From Armatimonadota bacterium (lineage in GTDB: Bacteria; Armatimonadota; UBA5829; DTLH01), in the NCBI GenBank assembly GCA_039679675.1, contig JBDKUN010000011.1, forward strand, positions 1 to 14,429: a DNA stretch of 14,429 nucleotides. The letters are read 5' to 3'. Below the pieces are notes generated by a model, which worked only from the letters and a program-made list of their open reading frames with translations, did no database searches and was not told where the DNA came from. A program made the position numbers and the translations under genes. This document shows positions 8,406 to 14,429 of the stretch, piece by piece. The first letter of the stretch is position 1; each line of letters begins with the position of its first letter.

Positions 8406-10121
8406 TTAAAGCATCAGGCCAAACAGCTCTTCCTCAGCTTCCTTGGTCCAGAACTGGCCGTCTTCGAGCTTTTCATAAACGGAAGGCAGCACACTGCCCA
8501 AATCGGCAAGCGCTGTAAGCGGCAAGTCCTTGATCTGAGGGAAAATCACTGTTTTCCCTGGGAATCTGGCCTCTTTCACCGCTTTTATCCCATCGCCGAC
8601 TGCATTTATGCCGCCGATTGCCGCAACGGACCTATTGGTGGGCAAATTACCTTTCTCAGCCTCTGAAAGTGTGTATTTCAGATCGGAAAGTTTCGACCCG
8701 CTCGACCCGTAATACCGCACGCCCCAGAGATAGACAGGAGATACATCGAAATTCGCAATCGTCCCGCGCGGTACGCCCGCGAATATATTCATTTTTCCGC
8801 CGTTGCCCAAATAAGGAGCGGCCTGTTCGATCAGCGCCGGGACCGGGGCAAGCACAACAATGTCGCTAAACCCTGCACCACCGGTCAGTCCGTCCCGAAT
8901 AGCTTCCAGTTCCGCGTCTCCCACTTCCGCAGGATTGACAAACCTTATGTCGATCCCGTTTTTCTCAGCTATCCCGGCCACACGGTCTCTCAGAGCTGAA
9001 AGCCTGGATGAATCGACATCCGTTGCAAGTATCTTGCCCGGACCGTTCTTCATTGAAACCGCTCTTTCGACATGCATCTGCCCCATCGGTCCTGCCGCAC
9101 CGATAAACCAGACACATCCACCGGGGGTCAGCTCACTATCCGAGGTGTTCTTATAGCCTTCGTCGATGTCGCGGCCGCCGACAAGCATAGTGCCGTCGTA
9201 ATGGACCCGGCCTACATCTACAGCCACCGGCCCGGCCATGTGAGTGGTGCTGATTATATCGAGGAACCCGCCTGATGCCAGATGCTTGCTGAGTTGTTCG
9301 ATAAGTTTCGGGTCTGTCTGGCCAAGCACAAAGATGTCGTCAAACCCGCGACCTCCTGTGCGCTCCTCTGAAAGCGCTGTCAGTTCCGGTCCTTCTATCG
9401 TATTGATTACTATCACTTCCGCGCCTTCAAAGTCAGCCGGGTTGATCGAATCTCCCGTATCTGCAAGGATTACCTTGCTCGGCCTGGACTCAATAGACGG
9501 ATAATAATGGACATGAGAGGGTGGTCCTACAAAGAGAGCGACTCCCCCCTGCTTCATCGCTCGGCGAGGCTCGATCCTGTAACTGGCAACAACACAGGCC
9601 CAGGGCTCGGAAAGCGCAGCTGCCGCGTATCCGGTATCTGGCTTGACGGGCAGCAAATAGCACCCTTCGTCTCCATTGATTATTTCTTTACCGATGACAC
9701 CGTACTGCTGCATACCGCCGGGTAAAACATAGCCGTAAGCGATGCTTGCACCTTTATAAAACACATCCGCCTGGACTACATATTTTTCTCCGACGGCGAA
9801 CCTGCTCTTTAGATTATCCCCCACCCCTACAATAGTGAGTGACACTTCATGACCGGGTGTGGCAGGATCATTCACCAAGTCGCGCCCGGTTATTCTCGGA
9901 TGGTTGCTCCCCTGGTTTATGAGCTTGATGTCACTGAAGCAGATTCCAATGGCATCGACCCGGCTGAGAAGTTCATCCGGCCCGTACTTGGGCATCGGCA
10001 GCACAGCCGGCTTGCCGTTGTCTCCGAAGTTCTCCACTCCTGCGCCGTAAAGCCGCCAGGCAAGATTTTCCGACGGCAGCTCGCCGTTAGCTTTCTTATA
10101 CTGTTTCACTTTGTCATTCAC
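8406..10121 (-). CDS. Medium-chain dehydrogenase/reductase, L-sorbose-1-phosphate reductase (SorE)-like, with duplicated nucleotide-binding region
   Basis: GICFSD, PGHE and LSEPWACV catalytic-metal motifs, no structural Zn cysteine cluster, and the SorE-like motifs GAAGPMG and GSSGS. About 570 aa. Start is uncertain: GTG 10121 has GAGG upstream, while the ORF track starts at 10166. Confidence 0.72.
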   Translation of the reverse strand: MNDKVKQYKKANGELPSENLAWRLYGAGVENFGDNGKPAVLPMPKYGPDELLSRVDAIGICFSDIKLINQGSNHPRITGRDLVNDPATPGHEVSLTIVGVGDNLKSRFAVGEKYVVQADVFYKGASIAYGYVLPGGMQQYGVIGKEIINGDEGCYLLPVKPDTGYAAAALSEPWACVVASYRIEPRRAMKQGGVALFVGPPSHVHYYPSIESRPSKVILADTGDSINPADFEGAEVIVINTIEGPELTALSEERTGGRGFDDIFVLGQTDPKLIEQLSKHLASGGFLDIISTTHMAGPVAVDVGRVHYDGTMLVGGRDIDEGYKNTSDSELTPGGCVWFIGAAGPMGQMHVERAVSMKNGPGKILATDVDSSRLSALRDRVAGIAEKNGIDIRFVNPAEVGDAELEAIRDGLTGGAGFSDIVVLAPVPALIEQAAPYLGNGGKMNIFAGVPRGTIANFDVSPVYLWGVRYYGSSGSKLSDLKYTLSEAEKGNLPTNRSVAAIGGINAVGDGIKAVKEARFPGKTVIFPQIKDLPLTALADLGSVLPSVYEKLEDGQFWTKEAEEELFGLML

Positions 10122-10169
10122 AATAACTCGCCTCATCAAGGGCCTAGATACAGCCCGTTTATACACTTT

Positions 10170-10853
10170 TTACTTACAAATACTATGAACTCCGCTGAGG
10201 GCGTAGGCCCCGGCGAGAATTCGCATAATCTTAACCCACATAGCCGTCATGGACTCGACTTCAGCCGCACTTGGTCCAAGCGCAATCAGTCCGTGGTTCT
10301 GCATTAAGATCGCCTTGGGCACGGACTGTTCCTTATCTATAAATGACTCCACATCGCTGCGGACAGCATTCGGCGATGCGCCTTCTAAAGAAAATACGGG
10401 TTTGCCGCCGCAGTACAGTGCTTCCAGCGGCAATATATTGTGCCCGATCATGTCAGAAACGCCGTTCGAGCATAAAACCACATTGACCTCAGCCGAATGA
10501 GTATGCCCGACAAAGCTCACACCGGGTAAAGTCAGGAGATATGCATGGAAGACCGAATCTTCTGACGGATAAGGGCCATTCTTATCGATCCTTGCATCAC
10601 TCAGGCACTTACAAATATCTTCTTGCGACGGCTCAACCTTATCGAGTAAATCAGCAAAGGCCGGTATCCCCACCTGCACAAATGACTCAGGTGAACTCTC
10701 CGACAGAGGCACTCCGCAGGCTTTTGTGTAAAAATGGTCATCGTCTATCTTTGCCGAAACACAACCTTCGTCAAGGATAACACAGTCCATCCCGTAACGG
10801 CCCAGATTAGAGGACAGTTGAACAAGCTCCTGCAGAATGTTTGCCGTATCCAT
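10170..10853 (-). CDS. Class II aldolase/adducin family protein (divergent), 227 aa
   Basis: Metal-binding GHTH and MQNHGL motifs plus the PSxxxxFHA segment. The ATG at 10853 is 8 nt from an AGGAGG SD. Confidence 0.8.
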   Translation of the reverse strand: MDTANILQELVQLSSNLGRYGMDCVILDEGCVSAKIDDDHFYTKACGVPLSESSPESFVQVGIPAFADLLDKVEPSQEDICKCLSDARIDKNGPYPSEDSVFHAYLLTLPGVSFVGHTHSAEVNVVLCSNGVSDMIGHNILPLEALYCGGKPVFSLEGASPNAVRSDVESFIDKEQSVPKAILMQNHGLIALGPSAAEVESMTAMWVKIMRILAGAYALSGVHSICK

Positions 10854-10980
10854 CGACAATTCCTCCTATAAGTAGTTAGACATTCAGGCTTACATTCCCT
10901 TCACTGGGGCAATATTCCCCAGTTTTGCTTCCTCACAGCCTTAAATTGCCCATCAAACAAGCTTTTTGGGCCGTCCAGAC

Positions 10981-11010
10981 TTGACAAGCAGGCTTATTGC
11001 CTGTTAACCT
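10981..11010 (+). promoter_or_regulatory. Sigma70-type promoter for the yabE-like/rsmA unit
   Basis: TTGACA (10981-10986), 18-nt spacer ending in TGT, TAACCT (11005-11010). Confidence 0.65.
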
Positions 11011-11016
11011 GACCTG

Positions 11017-11196
11017 TCCGTAAGCCATACGCTGCGGGTTCCGGGTTTGAGGACGCCCACCCTGAAAACCACAAAAAACGGGAGCCACGGCAGACAGGAC
11101 TCATATGCCTCATGAGTCTTGTCGGGGCCTCTTACGCTTGGGCATGTTTAGCATGCAGGCGCAAGGGGTAAGTGGGGCGGGAAAGGAGGCGATGTA
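11017..11196 (+). promoter_or_regulatory. Structured ~180-nt 5' leader, riboswitch-like candidate
   Basis: Three consecutive stem domains and two anti-SD segments complementary to AGGAGGC at 11184-11190. Confidence 0.5.
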
Positions 11197-12039
11197 TTGC
11201 GAAGACCTGAGTCACGGCATGCCGTAACTATATTTTGCGTTGCGGCAACACTTGCAGTATGCTTTGCAGTTGCAACAAACCGGACTGACGTCGCGCATGC
11301 TGAATCGTCTGGGTTGAATGTGACCTTGATCGTAAACCGAGTCGAGCATCACATCCATACCAATCAGACAACTGTTGGCGCGGTACTTAAGGAAGCCGGA
11401 ATAGTAATTTATCCGGCTGATCTTGTCTGCCCAAAACCAAATGTACGGCTGTATAAGGGAATCAAGATCAGAGTCGCACAAGCGGTAGATAAGGTTCAAT
11501 TAGTCAAAGAGCCTATTCAGTTCACAACCAAGAAACAACCTACACACGAACTTCGTGTCGGCTTAACACGGACAGTCTCTGAAGGTGAACCGGGGCTCAA
11601 GCATCTTTATTATAAGGTGCACTATGTGGACGGGGTAGAAAAAAAGCGTGATCTCATTCGCGCCGAAGTCGTTGTACAACCGAAAGACAGGGTGGTCCAA
11701 TTCGGTGATCGAGGAGCCGGTGTCTCCAGAGGAATACCTTTTACAAGCAAGCGTATTCTGAGGATGACTGCGACGGCCTATGATCCCGGGCCGAGGAGCT
11801 GCGGAAAAAGCGCAGACGGCAGGACATGTCTCGGAATGAAAGCCGGTTACGGCGTCGTCGCTGTTGACCCGGCAGTCATACCGCTTAGAAGCAAACTCTA
11901 CATAGAAGGCTATGGTTTTGCCATCGCGGGAGATAGAGGAAGAGCCATAAGAGGCTACCGTATCGACTTAGGGTTCGACACCTATGCAGTCGCCAAACGG
12001 TTCGGCCGCAAAATGGTAACCGTCCATATTCTAGAGTAG
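11197..12039 (+). CDS. YabE-like cell-wall protein: signal/TM, DUF348, G5 and 3D lytic-transglycosylase-like domains
   Basis: TVGAVLKEAGI..PADLV (DUF348); PIQFTT...EGEPG...YVDGVE...VQPKDRVVQFG (G5); MTATAY, VAVDP, AGDRG and RIDL (3D aspartates). TTG start 7 nt after AAAGGAGG. Synteny with rsmA is typical of yabE/rpfB loci. Confidence 0.9.
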   Translation: MRRPESRHAVTIFCVAATLAVCFAVATNRTDVAHAESSGLNVTLIVNRVEHHIHTNQTTVGAVLKEAGIVIYPADLVCPKPNVRLYKGIKIRVAQAVDKVQLVKEPIQFTTKKQPTHELRVGLTRTVSEGEPGLKHLYYKVHYVDGVEKKRDLIRAEVVVQPKDRVVQFGDRGAGVSRGIPFTSKRILRMTATAYDPGPRSCGKSADGRTCLGMKAGYGVVAVDPAVIPLRSKLYIEGYGFAIAGDRGRAIRGYRIDLGFDTYAVAKRFGRKMVTVHILE

Positions 12040-12071
12040 CTATCCTGTTCTTAATCAATGGCTTTTGTGTT

Positions 12072-12102
12072 CAGGCAGGGCTTATACAATATGCCCTGCC
12101 TG
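12072..12102. other. Perfect 10-bp inverted repeat between the yabE-like gene and rsmA
   Basis: CAGGCAGGGC (12072-12081), 11-nt loop, GCCCTGCCTG (12093-12102). Confidence 0.6.
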
Positions 12103-12110
12103 CTCCATTT

Positions 12111-12989
12111 ATGACTATGGAAATCAATTTACTCTCACCTGTAGAAGTCCGCCAGTTGCTCGCGCGGCACGGGCTGCGCCCTAAAAAACGGCTCGGGCAG
12201 AACTTCCTGATCGACCGAAATGTGCTGGGGAAGATCATAGATGCAGCAGATTTAAGCGCTGATTCCTGTGTACTGGAAGTCGGTCCCGGCCTTGGGACTG
12301 TAACAAAGGAAGCCGCCGGTGTAGCGGCAAAAGTCGTCGCTGTAGAAGCCGACCGAGACCTCATTCCGGTGCTCGAAGAGACTGTAGGCGGACTTCCGAA
12401 CGTAGAAATAGTCTCCGGCGATTTTCTCAAGCTTGACCTGCCTGAGTTTCTGGACTCTCAGTTCGGCGACTGCCGGTGCACGGTAGTTGCGAACCTGCCC
12501 TACTACATCACTAGCCCGCTTATCATCAAGCTGCTAGAAACAAAGGATCGTATCGACCGGATGGTGGTTATGGTCCAGCAGGAAGTCGCCGACCGGATGA
12601 CAGCCGCTCCGGGATCAGGTGATTACGGCTCGCTCACGGTATTTATTCAGTATCACTGCGAAGTAAAAATCGCAGCTCATGTTAAGCGGACGGTGTTCTT
12701 TCCCGCTCCAGAGGTGGATTCAGCTGTCGTACGGCTCGATATTCGGCCTGAACCTGCTGTAAGCGTGCCTGACGAGACGCTTTTCTTCAAAATCGTGAGA
12801 GCATCGTTCGGCCAGCGCCGAAAAACGCTCCTGAAATCTCTTTCAGGAAGCCCTGACCTCGGCTGGACGAGAGAAACCGCAGGCCGAGTGCTGGAAACGG
12901 CCAAAATCGACCCGATACGGCGCGGAGAAACTCTTTCGCTCGAAGAGTTCGCAACGCTTGCCCGATTCGGGCACAATATGGTAAAATAA
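12111..12989 (+). CDS. rsmA: 16S rRNA m6,2A1518/1519 dimethyltransferase KsgA
   Basis: KKRLGQNFL, VLEVGPGLG, VEAD, VANLPYYI, MVQQEVADR, FFPAPEVDSAV and FGQRRKTL. An alternative ATG lies at 12117. Confidence 0.97.
   Translation: MTMEINLLSPVEVRQLLARHGLRPKKRLGQNFLIDRNVLGKIIDAADLSADSCVLEVGPGLGTVTKEAAGVAAKVVAVEADRDLIPVLEETVGGLPNVEIVSGDFLKLDLPEFLDSQFGDCRCTVVANLPYYITSPLIIKLLETKDRIDRMVVMVQQEVADRMTAAPGSGDYGSLTVFIQYHCEVKIAAHVKRTVFFPAPEVDSAVVRLDIRPEPAVSVPDETLFFKIVRASFGQRRKTLLKSLSGSPDLGWTRETAGRVLETAKIDPIRRGETLSLEEFATLARFGHNMVK
12958..12987 (+). promoter_or_regulatory. Putative tRNA promoter embedded in the 3' end of rsmA
   Basis: TTGCCC (12958-12963), 18-nt spacer ending in TGG, TAAAAT (12982-12987), 11 nt before the mature tRNA. 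Confidence 0.55.
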
Positions 12990-12998
12990 TAATGATGT

Positions 12999-13075
12999 CG
13001 GGGTGTGGCGCAGCTTGGTAGCGCGCCTGCTTTGGGAGCAGGAAGTCGTGGGTTCAAATCCCGCCGCCCCGACCA
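12999..13075 (+). tRNA. tRNA-Pro (anticodon TGG)
   Basis: 77 nt. Acceptor CGGGGTG/CGCCCCG with ACCA end, D-arm GCGC/GCGC, anticodon stem CCTGC/GCAGG with loop TTTGGGA, T-loop TTCAAAT. Confidence 0.98.
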
Positions 13076-13154
13076 CTCCCTCTTTATTGACCTTCTCCTA
13101 CGTTCAAGTGCTGTAGGAACAAAGCCTGCCTGGCGGGCTGTTAGGTGGCTTTTA

Positions 13155-13258
13155 TTTTCAACTTGACCGCCTGCTTTTGCAGTTTTCAACTTGCGCACCT
13201 GTCTTATATTTTCAACTTGCGTGCCTGCTTTATACTCGTGCGCCTGTTTCATTTTCAA
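13155..13258. repeat. Imperfect tandem repeats of 26-28 bp, consensus TTTTCAACTTG-N4-CCTG-Y-rich
   Basis: TTTTCAACTTG starts at 13155, 13183 and 13209, each followed 4 nt later by CCTG. A partial fourth unit ACTCGTGCGCCTG starts at 13234 and TTTTCAA recurs at 13252. Confidence 0.85.
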
Positions 13259-13306
13259 TAGACTGTTATTACTATCATTATACAATAAATGTGAATAAAA
13301 TAGTAT

Positions 13307-13341
13307 TATGCCTCCGGGAAGTTTTGTTTCCCGGAGGCATA
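13307..13341 (-). terminator. 14-bp perfect inverted repeat, probable terminator for minus-strand transcription
   Basis: TATGCCTCCGGGAA, 7-nt loop, TTCCCGGAGGCATA. It sits 15 nt after the TAA at 13359-13357 and is followed on the minus strand by ATACTATTTTATT. Confidence 0.6.
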
Positions 13342-13356
13342 GTGAAAGCTATAACT

Positions 13357-13499
13357 TTATTTAAAACTCTCTTCCAGCTTATTTGCTATGTGTCTAATCT
13401 CTTCCACTGCCTCCTCAGCGTCTACGTGTATTTGGCCTCAATCCTCCACGAGTATCTACCATTTGTTCCTTTTTCCACTCTTATATAGGAAGACTTCCC
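13357..13499 (-). pseudogene. Frameshifted remnant of a small hypothetical (possibly phage-like) protein
   Basis: One frame reads GKSSYIRVEKGTNGRYSWRIEAKYT* (stop 13424-13422). An adjacent frame continues VDAEEAVEEIRHIANKLEESFK* (stop 13359-13357). No clear start codon. Confidence 0.35.
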
Positions 13500-13595
13500 G
13501 TTTAGTAAATTGCGGTTGGCTTCACACTCTGAGGAGGACGAAAGCCCTGAGGAAGGTCAGAAATAAAGGCGGCCTTCCTCCGTGAATAGTTCCCG

Positions 13596-13747
13596 AATAT
13601 ATATTTAATTTAATATTATTCTATATTTATATTATTTTGTGTCACTTGTCATATAGTGACAGTGACATGGCTATTAATAAAATAAATAAATAATATCTAT
13701 ATATATAAGTTATGCAGAAATCCGCGTCACTACCTGTCAAGTGACAC
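13596..13747. other. Putative replication origin: AT-rich tracts with GTCAC/GTGAC iteron-like repeats
   Basis: Nearly pure A/T at 13596-13638 and 13672-13708. TGTCAC-T-TGTCA-TATAG-TGACA-GTGACA palindrome at 13640-13667. GTGTCACTTG (13639-13648) is inverted as CAAGTGACAC (13738-13747). Confidence 0.5.
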
Positions 13748-13750
13748 TCT

Positions 13751-13996
13751 TTAGATATACCGGACAGCGAGGCGGTCTTTGATCTTCTCAACCCAATCGG
13801 GGGTGAGGCCGATTCCCTTCCAACCTCTTTCCCTGTTTGTCCGGTAAGGCGTTACTTCGGGGCGACTCATAATGTCTGCGACACCCCCGCTGCGATAGGT
13901 ATGTTGGTTTGATACGGTAACGCAGGTTTGGGATTTATATCCTTTGTTAGCAGAATTTACCTCTGCTAATAGAACCGTCCTTCTACTTGGGATCAA
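13751..13996 (-). pseudogene. Short ORF whose 3' half resembles the C-terminal tail of P4/D5-type primase-helicases
   Basis: YRTNRERGWKGIGL resembles the R..R.W.GI.L ending I recall from phage/plasmid primases. No Walker A or primase core is present, and it directly abuts the origin-like tract. Recall-based, unverified. Confidence 0.35.
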
Positions 13997-14429
13997 GATT
14001 CTGCTTCACCGCCGTTGATCTTTGTATTCCTATTACGTTTTCGTCTTTCTGATTCATATAGCTTTGCGGCTGCCGTTAAGTCATTGGGTAAATTGTCAAC
14101 CCAGTTTTCAAGCTTATACCGGCTGATTCGCCGTTTACCTACGTGAGTAATTCCAGAAGATATTTTTAGGCCGAAATACCGCAATTCCCGCAACCGCTTT
14201 GGCCAATCGTCTTGGAAGCCTAATGCATTCGCCACAGATTCGATAAGATCAGAGTCTACCCACTCGCCTTGCTTCGAACGAAGTAAAGTGAGAATCCTCT
14301 CATGTGTAAATCGGCATGCAATAATGACCCATCTGAGGGCATAATCGGCGTCGAAAACTGACTCACCTCAGCTAATCTTCCGATCTCTGTTATAGACGGC
14401 AGAGAGAGGAGTAATCTTGTAAGGAGATG
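13993..14429 (-). pseudogene. Disrupted gene resembling the C-terminal region of an HNH-endonuclease-type protein
   Basis: The frame is open from 14367 to 13993 (...HERILTLLRSKQGEWVDSDLIESVANALGFQDDWPKRLRELRYFG...), longer than the ORF track shows, but an in-frame TGA at 14370-14368 closes it with no suitable start. Upstream LSAVYN (same frame) and LCRL* (other frame) look like a decayed CxxCN. Family assignment is from recall. Confidence 0.4.

Larger units (their letters stand above)
13076..14429. mobile_element. Probable decayed integrated element (phage satellite/prophage-like remnant) at tRNA-Pro; right boundary outside the window
   Basis: Visible shift to AT-rich DNA after the tRNA 3' end, repeat arrays, an origin-like segment and only broken ORFs. 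No integrase or att duplicate is visible in the window. Confidence 0.5.

Noticed and set aside
4512..10780. Short overlapping ORFs within the hydrolase, SDR, dehydrogenase and aldolase genes
   Set aside because: Fully overlap well-supported genes and have no recognisable features.
11017..11196. c-di-AMP (ydaO) riboswitch expected from gene context
   Set aside because: The hallmark segments (GCUGAAUC-like 5' end, GGGGUGAAU, CCGUCAGCUAAC) are not visible; kept as an unknown leader instead.
13155..13258. CRISPR array
   Set aside because: Units abut with only about 4 variable nt, there are no spacer-length unique sequences, and no cas genes are in view.
12677..13285. 202-aa and 77-aa minus-strand ORFs
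   Set aside because: They read antisense through the tRNA and rsmA (WSGRRDLNPR and GFEPTTS are typical antisense-tRNA translations) and through the repeat array.
13517..13565. CTGAGGA...GAAA looks like a hammerhead ribozyme core
   Set aside because: Stem II would be at most 1 bp and no stem I can form from CACACT; the second copy has no stem II or III.

Overview
Bacterial chromosomal window; Armatimonadota-like origin is inferred from recall of one protein module, not from a search. The left end is the minus-strand str operon (rpsL-rpsG-fusA-start of tuf). It is not preceded by rpoC here; instead it has a ~540-nt upstream region with two sigma70-type promoters, a structured ~160-nt candidate RNA and a terminator-containing leader. 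The middle is a minus-strand run of metabolic genes: a class II aldolase-like protein, a SorE-like dehydrogenase with a duplicated Rossmann region, a UDP-glucuronate decarboxylase-like SDR, cobO, and a 916-aa secreted clan GH-A glycoside hydrolase. Divergently on the plus strand are a YabE-like DUF348-G5-3D cell-wall enzyme with a riboswitch-like leader, rsmA (ksgA) and tRNA-Pro(TGG). After the tRNA the DNA becomes AT-rich and resembles a decayed integrated element, with ~26-28 bp tandem repeats, a strong inverted repeat, an origin-like AT tract with GTCAC/GTGAC repeats, and broken ORFs resembling a primase C-terminus and an HNH-type nuclease. The best novelty candidates are the structured RNAs at 3659-3821, 3359-3595 and 11017-11196. 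All structures were paired by eye and no databases were searched.
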